DNA of 64,000 nucleotides. It comes from Octopus sinensis. Its lineage: Eukaryota. A program made the position numbers and the translations under genes. Below, in pieces: positions 11,851 through 22,830 of this stretch. Below the pieces are notes generated by a model, which saw only the letters and a program-made list of their open reading frames with translations, was not told the DNA's origin and searched no databases. How positions within the stretch are numbered: position 1 is the stretch's first letter; each line of letters starts with the position of its first letter. The stretch covers positions 37,510,001 to 37,574,000 of the forward strand of contig NC_043001.1 in assembly GCF_006345805.1 (NCBI RefSeq), written 5' to 3'.

Positions 11851-12268
11851 GGATCTTTTCGGTTTGAACGGCTGTTTTTTCTAGCGGTGTCATATGAAAT
11901 TGTCACCCATAATTATGACCCTAGTATCGATCTATTGCATTTCAATCTGTTTTAGGATTAGGGTTAGGGGTGGGGGGAAGGGTATATTTTTTTTCTTCAC
12001 AAATGTAAATAAACCCAATCTGTTTCTTAAACGAGGGACATATTCATACGGCACAGAATGTTTTTTTTTTACCTCAATAGACGTCAGTGATTGGTTGAAA
12101 TTTCAGAAATTGAAGAAAAAAAACAAATATCTTACAAACTATAGAATTTTCTCAATAAAGCCAAGAGAAAAAGATGTTTAATAAACACATTCTATCAGTA
12201 TACGAAGTTTAAAACTTTTTAGTTACCTAGAAATTATGTTAAAAACTGCCGTAAAACCGAAAAGATCC
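11851..12268. mobile_element. Non-autonomous DNA element with about 28-bp inverted ends and an internal telomere-like motif
   Basis: GGATCTTTTCGGTTT..CGGC.GTTTTT at both ends. TTTAGGATTAGGGTTAGGG at about 11950-11968. Confidence 0.7.
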
Positions 12269-12299
12269 TCTGAACAGCTTTGTTGACAACCGAAAACTA

Positions 12300-14400
12300 T
12301 ATTTGCCTAGTGGACGAAATACAAACTAAGGGCACATAACTGCTGTGACTGATGAACTTCACACGTGGTCAGGGGCTTCAGATTTAATAACAAATCTGTT
12401 TATTGACTACAGCTTGCTGTACAATTAGCATTTCCTTGCTAGGCACACCAATCATCATATATCCGTTGCCTTCACTGTACGTATACACAAACGTAATTCT
12501 ACTTTGATTTTACTAGATACCTCCCTGTTAACTCTATACATATTCTGATTGCTTGATATCTTATTTCTATATATATATTACCCATGTTTGTGTTGTGTTA
12601 ACACAAGAACGACACTATTTACAATATGTCGTGCACTATTATTGTATTTTTTTTTAAGAGAATGACAAGTCCTGGAAGTTTTAGTTTCAATATTTTACTG
12701 CAATGTATATATATATTTTGTTTATAATATATGTTATTCCTGTTGTGTCGTTGACAGATCCAAGTATTATATCCTGCTGTATTTAATTAAAGTGTATAGC
12801 CACATTGTCTTCTCGTTTTCCCATTATTCTTTTTATTCTTAATATGTTTACATCCCTTATGTGTTCTTTTTTAAGAAATGTTTCAACACCCAGATGTAGC
12901 ATTTATAGTTCAAATCAACTTCGAAGTTTTAACTATCAAGTTGAAATTTTACACGCAAACACACAAACATTGCTTTGTTTTGCTTTGCTGTCTTATTGTA
13001 GGTTTATAGTTTCATTAGAAGTATAATTGGTTCGTCATCAGCTTTACTTCATTCCAATTCTGTTAATTATTTTTTATAATGAACTGCTTTTTATATCAAA
13101 ACAATCACGACCGCCCCAAGTATATCGTCTTTACGTTTTGTCTTCTCTAATTCTTCTTCTTATATTTTGACGCCTTTTTGTTATCCCTTACTTTACAACT
13201 GTCCTCTTTTAACTTTTGTTTTTCCACCAAATTTCCTCTAAACATACAACAAATTGTTTTTGTTTATCCGTCGTATGTCATTTATCAGTCCTTTGTCGTA
13301 ACAATCTGTTTGTGTGGAGCTTGTCAGCGAGTGGCAATTTTCAAAAACTTAAATCAAAACAAATCATTATCCTTTCTTTATCCCTCCTCTCAACAACAGT
13401 AAAGAAAGATTGCCGAAATATTTACTGCCTTCTATCTGTTTACTATCCATACTACACCTTTGTAGTAGTAATTAGTTGCATTTTCTGCATAGTGTTTTAC
13501 CCTACGCCAATTTAAGCTTTTATCCCGAATATTTTAGTGTCCGTTCTTTGTGGTTTTTCATTTCTTTTCTTTACTAATGCTCGAATCTTCCTATTCAAGT
13601 TATTTTAATTTGGCAATAAAAGCTAGTTTTATTTCAATTACACTGCAAGTTGTTGAGTGTACCAGTGTATCAATATCCGAATTTCTTTTATTGTATTCGA
13701 AAAATTGCCGAACACTCATCTAAACTTAAAATACTTTTGAAAATTATGCTGCCTAATTCTGACTTTACTTCTAGGCTTCACATGCTTCTAGGTCTTAAAT
13801 ACTTACGACCTATGAACCATAAACTTCTGTGGTCACCAGATTTACAACACTTGGAATTTTGTTAAAACCTTCTAGGTTAACAAACGCAAGGTATAGTTAT
13901 TAGCTTTTCACAAAGCATTTTTATTTGTCGCCCTCTCACGAAGAATGACAGTTTTGTCTTTTGCTCATATGCTATGATTCTGATTACACCATTGATGTCC
14001 TTACTATTTTTCTAAATGTCTTCATTGTCACTGTCTAACTAGCATAAATAGGTGTGTTTATTTGATGTGAAATAGAAGTTTCTTAACTAACGCCTTCTGT
14101 GCACAAAGTTGAATAATATGAATCTAAACTTGCTCAATAGGTCAGTCATTGTTAATTCTGGGATGTGCTTTTATTGTTACAATCACTTGTCGAGTTGTAC
14201 TTTTAAATTTGGAGATCACTTAATACAACTTACACTGACGTCTGATGTTACATATACAAAAGGTGAATGTGTTAGAGACTTTTTATAGAAGTCTGTTTAC
14301 ATTTTAAAGCACACTAGGTACTTTAAAATCATAACCAGATATAGACAGCTGCGGTGTCTAGTTGCTTGTATAGAATACTGGAAAAGAGTTATTGAGAGGA
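12300..14400. promoter_or_regulatory. Repeat-free, relatively CpG-retaining region; candidate promoter / first non-coding exon of the downstream HTH gene
   Basis: No recognisable TE over about 2 kb. Visibly more CG dinucleotides than in 20-27 kb. T-rich + strand. TSS and donor not resolved. Confidence 0.35.
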
Positions 14401-16803
14401 AACGAAATATGTAAAGAGGATGAAATCGTCAGCTTCAAATAGTGATGAATTATTAATTATCTATATAGTGCTCTAAATGTGCACTTCTTTGTTACAAATC
14501 TCAGTGTTCCTGGCCAACTCTGAACCAGGAGAACTCTTCTTAATCTTTAATTCAAGACAAGCTTAAATGTGAATATGGTCAAGATTAAAATATTACAGAT
14601 ATAGTTGTTGTGCTGTCTTGGTAAGATAGCTTGTTTGTGTTGGTCACCATTGCCACACTGGAATGATACGTAGGTACTTATTGGTGTGAGCTTGGCTGCC
14701 TGTTAAACCATAATGAACAAGCATGAACATAATTGCATATTTTAATGGTACGATTTATTGAACAAGACAACAATTGAATATAAACTAACAATTGCTGGTA
14801 GAGAATGTAGTGATTGGAATAAAACAAAGTAATGACTAACTAGGCTTGAAATGCTGGAAAGAATTGGCCTGCAAGTATGAAGAAGAGTTCCTCTTCAATT
14901 CCAGCCAGATTCAGTTAAGGAAAATTTGGTGTTGCTGGATGAGAGATGAGGTGTATTTTCTGGTGACTTTCGCATATCTTTGTGACAGTTCTGGTTTGCT
15001 TGTCAAGAGGGGAGGTATCTATTCTCTGGACCTCTCTCAAACCTCTACTGTTATCTGGTTTCCTTATGGTAAAAGGTGAGATCTGTGTTTTCTGGCTGCT
15101 GTGAAACCTCTGTGAAGATTCTTGGTGCCAAACTGCTAGAGAAAAGTGCTCAAATCTTAGGGACATTTGAGATAGTGTTCATGATATAGCTGCAAGCTGA
15201 TTAGTTGATATTATTAGATTGGATTGTAAGATGGCAAGCTGGCAGCATTGTTAGCACACCAGACAAAATGCTTTGTGGCATTCCATCTGTCTTTACATTC
15301 TTAGTTCAAATTCTGCTGAGGTCAATTTTGTCTCTCATCCTTTTGGGGTTGATAAAATAAGTTCCAAATGATTGAGCACTGGGGTTGATGTAATCGACTA
15401 TCCCCCTCCCCACAAATTTGTTCCTATAGTAGAAAGGATTATTTTCTGATTGGAAGGCTTATAAACTAAATCAGACTGAGTATTAAGTCAAAATATTTGT
15501 ATATATATATATGTTGCGAGGCAGTTTGGCTGATTGTTAATATTGGAAGTTTCTGATATTAACAAATAAACATTCCTTAAGAATATGTATGTGTGTATAT
15601 ATATATCTTTTATTTTTTACTTGTTTCAGTCATTGGACTGTGGCCATGCTGGGGCACTACCTTGAAGTGTTTAGTCAAGCAAATTGACCTCAATACTTAT
15701 TGTTTTCTAAAGCCTGGTACTTATTCTTTTGGTCCCTTTTTGCCAAATTGCTAAGTTATAGGGATGTAAACAAACCAACAGCAGTTATCAAGCATTGGTG
15801 AGGGACAAACACAAAAACATACGAACACACACACTCACCTATCATCATCATTTAATGTCCATATTCCATACTGGCATGAGTTGGATGGTTTCAGAAAAGC
15901 TGGCAAGCCAGGGAGCTGTACCAAGCTCTGTTGCCTGTTTTGGTATGGTTTCTACAACTGGATACCCTTCTTAATACCAACCACTTTACAGAGTGTACTG
16001 GGTGTTTTTTTTTTTTTCATAGTACCAGTACCAGTGAGGTCACCAAATAACTTGCAATACAGGACAAAGTCTGCTTGACTGGGTGGAGTAGTATTGAGGG
16101 AGTGGCATTATGCCAGTTGATGAGAGGTTAAAAGAATAATAGGGTAAGAGATAGGTATCTTACTGTGGAAGAGATACAAGGATACTCTAGTTGGCAAAGA
16201 AGAAAGAGACTTCGAGAAAGATAGGCATGGGGACAGTAAGATGTGTATTTGTGTATTTGTATGTACATATGCTCACACATTTATACAACGGCTGGAACTA
16301 CCAAATATTCTTGTTGGCAGGAAAATTGGCAAATGTGCATCTGTACCTTCTAGTTCACTGTAAATATATGCATGTGCGTGCGTGTATGTAAGGTGTAGGC
16401 TGTATGGTTAAGAAGTGCACTTCAGAACCACATAGTTAGGGTTTCAGTCCCACGTGTAAGCATTGTCAACTGGCATTCTATATTGTAGCCATGAAATTGG
16501 TTGACGGTAACTTAAGAAGCCTCTCCTTTGAGTGTGTGTATGTGTGCATACACACATACATGGCTTAGTGGTTAGGGTGTTACACTCCTGATCACTAGAT
16601 TGTGATTTCAATTGCTAGACCAGGTGGTGTGTTGTGTTCTTGAGCAAAACACTTCATCTCACATTGTTCTGTGATCACTTCATTACCTGATGCTTGGTAC
16701 ACTGTGTACCTGTTCAGACTGTCAATTTGATGGAGAGAGTGAGCTAATGTGCGCTATGAACATTTGATCACTACAAACAAATCGTTTGTGCAGCTCATTC
16801 AGC

Positions 16804-17070
16804 CATGGCTGTGGATTCGGAGTTGGAAATAATTAAGGGGTAGTTGGAGTCGGTAAAACTATATTGACTCCAACTCTCAATATCTTTATTCTTTAATATA
16901 AACCAGTTATAACAGTTAGGCCTACTCAAAGTACAAGTGTATGCATACGCTTTATGAGATATGTAGACCACAATCACTTAATTATATAAAGAGGAGTCGG
17001 AATCAGAGTCAGAGGTGCCAATAGTACAGGAGTTTGAGTCAAAGTTTTTTGCTTCAACTCCACAGCCCTG
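16804..17070. mobile_element. hAT-type MITE
   Basis: CA.GGCTGTGGA ends, GGAGTCGG subterminal repeats, 8-bp TSD cattcagc/cattcaac. Inserted in a SINE. Confidence 0.75.
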
Positions 17071-17124
17071 CATTCAACAAAAGCTGAACACTCATATGTC
17101 ATCTTTGATGGGAGAGTCCATCAT

Positions 17125-17173
<49 letters not shown>

Positions 17174-17839
17174 TGTGATGGTGCATGGAAAAATCCATTG
17201 GATGTCACTAAATAAACACCTGAGAAAAACGGGGCCAAAGTCACTAATGGATGTTTTTACATGGTAGTTGTGGCAGATGACTTTACCTTAAATACCAGGG
17301 GTCCTACCCTTTTGATAAATGAGAAAAGGCTAAAGTTGTGAAAAGTCTTTTAGTTCTCAGATACACTCAACTTCAAACACTGTTTTCTCAAAAAGGCCTA
17401 TTTTCTGGGTCATGTCTGGCAAATATATTTTACACACACACACATATATATATATCATCATCATCATCGTTTAACATCCGCTTTCCATGCTAGCATGGGT
17501 TGGACGGTTCAACTGGGGTCTGGGAAGCCCGAAGGCTGCACCAGGCCAGTCAGATCTGGCAGTGTTTCTACAGCTGGATGCCCTTCCTAACGCCAACCAC
17601 TCCGTGAGTGTAGTGGGTGCTTTTTATGTGCCACCGACACAGGTGCCAGACGAGGCTGGCGAACGGCCACGCTCGGATGGTGTTTTTTATGTGCCACCGA
17701 CACAGGTGCCAGACGAGGCTGGCGAATGGCCACACTCGGATGGTGTTTTTTATGTGCCACCGACACAATATATATATTGTATAAAAGATCATGGGTAAGG
17801 CCAAAACAATGCAAAGTATATGCAAGGTAAATCACAAGA

Positions 17840-18815
17840 AAACAAATATGTGAATTAATGTAGACTTACCTTGTATTCAATATTTCGAGGTTATGACCCC
17901 ATTTTCAAGAAACTGACGAATGTTGCCGATGTGTGTGTGTGGAGTGGACATGCACAGAAGGGTGTTGCTATAGCAATGAGCTAGCTTCCTGCAACTCCCT
18001 TCTATTATTGATCTTGGGTTTCTTTTAGTGTATGAGGATAGCCTCAGAGATTCTAAGGTTGCCCTTGTACCACTGTGTTGCCTTGATGTGCACTGTGAAC
18101 TCTCGGGTCTGGCATTTCTGTAAATGTTTCTTCACAGAAACGTCTGCCTGCATATGTTCCTTAATGTGTACATGCTGTTTTCTTGTCATGCTTCCGATGT
18201 AGGATTTGCCACAGATGATCTCATATACAACATAGATCCTCTGGCACAATTCAGGGTCATTGATGGGGCAGTTCGACAATGTGCACTCCTTAGAGTAGTG
18301 TGAGGTGTTGTTCTTGGGAAGGGCCAGTGTGCACTATCTGTATGTCGAGTCCTTCCCTGCGGACTGTGTGTTGTATCGCTGCAGTAGTTTTATCATCAAA
18401 GTGTGGTAGCTTTAGGAAGCACGTGCCAGACTTGGGAGTATGCTGTTCTTCCGGGGTTTATTGACCTTGATGTTCTTCAGGCACCGTTGTTTAGCTAAAG
18501 ATGGTGGGTAGCCATTCAGTGTTAGATCTCTGAGGAACTGTTTGGTGTAGACAGTTTTGTCAGTCACATTGCTGCAATCATTGTTTATACGTGCAATCTC
18601 GTTTCTCATGTATGCGACTTTGGCTCTAGTGGGCAAGGCTGATTGGTAGTGGATGAAAAGTTTTCTATTAGTGGCTTTTCTATAGAATTTGGTAAATATG
18701 GAGCCTTCCTCTGTGATCTTGAATTGGAAGTCGAGTAGAGTGAGGGTTCTGGATTTGTCTGGATGTTCAATCTTGAATTTGATGTTTATGTCAGTGTTAT
18801 TGAAGGTCCGGTATA
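17840..18815 (-). mobile_element. Penelope-like element, 5'-truncated: RT thumb/linker + GIY-YIG endonuclease, frameshifted
   Basis: ORF 18412-18885 has IKFKIEH..L.LLD..FYRKAT..IHYQSALP..NGYP. ORF 18025-18279 has VVYEIICGKSYIG.M.R...IKEH. Degenerate hammerhead at 17873-17913. Confidence 0.85.
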
Positions 18816-19199
18816 TATTAATGGCCATAGATAATAGAGGAGAGATAATTTGGTGGCATAGAAAGGTGGTTGAAGTAAACTTCATGAGGGAAGGGGAGGG
18901 ACAATATTAAGACTAAAGGATAAATTTTAAGTGAAGTGGTTCTGGATTGTGGAAAAGCTAACTGGTACTAGAGAAAAAGATGATGAAATATGCTGTTCTA
19001 CTCTCATTTAATTACAGCTGCAGAATACTGCAGTTAGGCAGTGATAGAAAGATGATGGTTGGTGAAGAAAGCTTAAAGAAGAATTTGGGTGAGGGACCCA
19101 GTTGTGTGTATATATTTATATATGTCCAATGTATTTCCAGAATTTCAATTTTTCCAAGATGGGTGGGTCTTCTCAATCACTATATATTGCCAGCCATAT

Positions 19200-19935
19200 G
19201 TTTTGTCGTTTCTTTCAGGTGGTTCAAAGAACTAAAACTAGCTTTTACTACTTTATCTCATGTCTTCCTTTGTCTCCTTCATCCACAGGCTCCATCTGTA
19301 TTAAGTGATCAGTGCTTCTTTATACAGCTCATCCGCATGCATCACATGTCTATACCAGCACAGTCCTCCTTCTTGCACACCACATCTGCTACCTTTTATG
19401 ACCAAGTTTTCTTTCAATACATTTGTACTTTGTCATTCATGTACACTTGCATTGCACATCCACTACAGCATGCTAGCTTCATCTCTTTCTAATCTTCATA
19501 AGTCCTTTGCATTGAGAATATCCTCTGCCACTACTAATTAGGTCACCTAGGGAACAGAAACTATTTACTACTTCTAGCGTTTTTCCTGGGCATTTAAGAA
19601 AATCTATTTTGTGTGGGTTTTTAGTGTTTATTGTTCCTGTGCATCTACTACAAGTAAAGTCTGCTTTTTCTGTTAACCTGCCTATGATACCACTGCACTT
19701 GTGTGTCCATTGTTTGCATTGCATACACTATATGATATTTCTACTTTTCTACATATCAAGTAAGGCCATGTCCCTGGTGGAAGCTGAGATCTGTTTGTGT
19801 TTTCCTACTTATTAAAACTTTGGTTATTGAATTAATTGGACATATATAAATTAATGTGTAGAATTAATTTCTTTTCTAATTCTACTTATAACTTCAGTTA
19901 TAATAGCAAGGTCATTAGTACAAGAGTTCCCACAC
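19200..19935 (-). mobile_element. RTE LINE 3' fragment
   Basis: CKQWTHKCSG..FTCSRC..LEVVNSFCSLGD, homologous to 60625-62010. Confidence 0.7.
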
Positions 19936-19944
19936 TGGTCTTAA

Positions 19945-20165
19945 CGCTTTTGTTACTGTATCTATTTTGAGATGCTCTGTGTTTCTTTCAATTATTTTAA
20001 ATATAACAAAGAATTTAGTAAAATAACTTGATTATCATTAAGATAGTGTTAGGAACATAAATTGTGACTAAGGTCTGTTGGAAGATTTTAATTCAAAACA
20101 TGTGAAAATGAGATATTTGTACTACAGAGCCAGAGCTAGTTTCAGCCGGGTTGGTATTGAAAGGG
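19945..20165. mobile_element. piggyBac-type MITE
   Basis: TTAA|C.CTTT...AAAGGG|TTAA. Same family as 31320-31532. Confidence 0.7.
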
Positions 20166-20934
20166 TTAAAATCTTCTGTTATAGCCTGATGAATGGGGTG
20201 ATGGTGGCTAAGAACTGAACCCTGATGAACTCCTACCTGCTTACTAAAATTGTTGCAGTATACATTGTTAACTCCCTGCTAACTTTTAACAGCTCTGTAC
20301 ATAACTTTTATGGCTCTCACAAGTCACCTCCTCAGTGTTCATGTGGTCATAGAGCAAAAAATCTTGTTGAAAAGCTTGATTGCAATGAATGTTAAGTACA
20401 GCAGCTTACTTTTAGCTAATTATTTCTCTTTCTCTTGCAGTACGTATACATGCATCTATTTCATATGTATGTGTGTGTGTGCCTACGCCTTTGTGTGTTT
20501 ATAATATATATATGGATGTATGTGTCTATATATATATATCTCCATTCTTCATATTCCATTCACAAGGCTTTAGTCAATCCAAGGGTATAGTGACCCAAAG
20601 TATCATGCAGTGGGATTCGAACCTTGTACCACATGGATGCTAATTAAACTTCTTAATCACACAGCATTCAGTTACAGGTGTTGCCTTGTCCTGTTTTCAT
20701 TCAGTTGCACAAATCTGATATATCTATCACGTTAGCAAAGCTAACAGGAGAGTCTGGTGTTGAGGTTGTCATTAACACAGTCCTACCCTCAAACAAATAT
20801 TGTTTTTACATTTATATACATATATTATATATTTACACTCAGCTGTAAAACTGATAAACTATTTTCCAACTTAGTAGTTATCATAGTAATTATATTAACT
20901 TGATTTGACATGCAGTGTTATTTCTGAATATTAT

Positions 20935-20975
20935 TGCTAATTATTTTCTCTTATTTTATTTTTATTTTTGCACAG
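20935..20975 (+). promoter_or_regulatory. 3' splice site of a 5'-UTR intron of the HTH gene
   Basis: tgctaat, then ttattttctcttattttatttttatttttgcacag|G, 13 nt before the ATG. Confidence 0.7.
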
Positions 20976-20988
20976 GCATTAATCTACT

Positions 20989-21435
20989 ATGAGTGACCAG
21001 AGTCCATATACAATTGAAGAACGATTAATTGCAGCTGTTTGGATGCATGATCGTGTTCTTAATAATAAAAAAATACCCGAAATTCGGCGATTGTTCCAGG
21101 AACGTTTTGGAAAGCCTTCACCTACACCACGCATCTTGAGAGAATGGGAGAAAAAAGTATTTGAAACTGGTAGTGTTCTTGATGCACCTCGTTGTGGTCG
21201 ACCAAGGACAAGATTTGAACATTTAACTGCAATACAAGAGTCACTTATTCGTTCTCCTTCATTATCAATGAGGAAGCGTTCGGCAGAATTACAAATTCCA
21301 AAAAGTACTTTGAGAAAAATTCTTAAGTTAGATCTTCCACAAGATGCAGTGGTATATGAAGTTCAAAACAAAAATGAAGATAAAAAAGTCGAAGTATGTC
21401 GAGTTATGTTTCAGAAATTTCCATTTTTTGGATGA
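20989..21435 (+). CDS. Transposase-derived bipartite helix-turn-helix protein (DUF4817-like N-terminal HTH + GRPR linker + second HTH), no catalytic domain; probable domesticated host gene
   Basis: Intact 148-aa ORF. Motifs YTIEER..F.ERF..P..I.EW.KK.FETGSV.D..R.GRPRT and SPSLS.RKRSAELQIPKSTL.KIL..DL match the N-terminus of IS630-Tc1-mariner transposases. Branch-like tgctaat, a pyrimidine tract and CAG acceptor end at 20975. An in-frame TAA (20980-20982) precedes the ATG. No TIRs seen nearby. Confidence 0.8.
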   Translation: MSDQSPYTIEERLIAAVWMHDRVLNNKKIPEIRRLFQERFGKPSPTPRILREWEKKVFETGSVLDAPRCGRPRTRFEHLTAIQESLIRSPSLSMRKRSAELQIPKSTLRKILKLDLPQDAVVYEVQNKNEDKKVEVCRVMFQKFPFFG

Positions 21436-22830
21436 GGCATCAAACTATATGCATATTGCAGTGTGCATCACATTGCTGTATGCATGCAATTATGGTTTAC
21501 AATATTTTTGTTATTTTTCATTGTTAAAACCAGTCTTCTTTTCTACTTCCAAAAAAGCCTAAATTAATTATTTTTATTTATTCCATTTAATGATAGTGAT
21601 TTTGACTATTTTTTTTCTTTATCTAATTTAACTCATTTTATGCTTTCATTTTACTGATTTGCCAAATACACATCTTGGAACTGAATAAATACAAGGGCTT
21701 CTGCTTTCCTTCTCATTGATGCTACATCTATCAATTATGAATATTGACAATCATTTACGTTTTTTTAAACCTTTTGGATATTTGATCTCGTTTGGATAAA
21801 AGTTGCTTACTGGAGCTTTTGCAATTCAATCTTGGAGAAAGTATGTCAAAAGATGTCTTATTGGCTTCATAAGGAAATAGAAACAGCAGTAGTATATAGG
21901 CATGTATATGTGAAAGAAGAAGCTCATTTGTATTGTAACCTTCTTGTTAATATAAATATAGATTTTTACCTTGGATTGTAATTTTCTATCAGAGCCAAAA
22001 CAACTAAATCAGCATTATTCTGCATATATTTTGCATGAATTATTTAATTAATTTTTTTTCTTTGTGTATTTATTTATTTTATAGCTTCTCTTAAGACCAG
22101 CTAATTGTAAATAATAGTGTCCTGCTCTATGAGATTCCTTATACTTCTGTATTCTATCATGAAATCATTGACAAATAAAGAATACTGTTAAAAGTCCTCC
22201 AGTTGGCCTACATAGTTTCATACTAGGATTTGACTAAACAGACATATCTTATGCAATCTGTCTTTAATCCAGACAATCACTTTTTCTTTCTCTCCTTCTG
22301 TCTTTCATTATCACTGTCATATTCTTGTATGTCTGCAGATAAATGAAGTCAAGTAAAAGTAATAAGCTGTTATTATAAACTTGATTAAAAAAAAAAATAC
22401 TGCTAATGGCTATGGGTATATTGGGGGTGGGGTGGGGTGAATTTTGTATTATTTGTGGCAGATGTCCCTATAAAATAATAAATGTTCATTTGGATTTTAA
22501 TGAGATAAGAAATTGATTGTATCAGACCCTTTACTATTATTTTATAGAGTTTATATTTCATTGTATAAATATTGAGAATATGATAAAGAACAAGATGGGG
22601 AAGCTTATGATGTTAGTGCAAAACAGTGTCAAATCTTTACTCTTGTTGCTTTCTCAGTGTTTTACTGTTGTAGGATTGTGATCAAAGTATTGACAGCAAA
22701 GGATTTGGTAAACTAAATTTTAATTTATTCCAAACACTTGAGAAATTTTTGTCTTTTGACTTGAAGATCATTTCCAAAGACAAATTTAAGGTTTAATTAT
22801 AGAAAATATGAGATCAAATAAAATAATTGA
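21436..22830 (+). other. Putative long 3' UTR of the HTH gene
   Basis: About 1.4 kb of T-rich, SINE- and microsatellite-free sequence with AATAAA near 21684, 22174, 22477 and 22817. Confidence 0.45.

Noticed and set aside
12308-12365. Type II hammerhead (GAAA...CTGATGA)
   Set aside because: Stems I and III cannot be formed
17622-17767. CRISPR-like array
   Set aside because: Whole units repeat with no unique spacers; eukaryotic TE context
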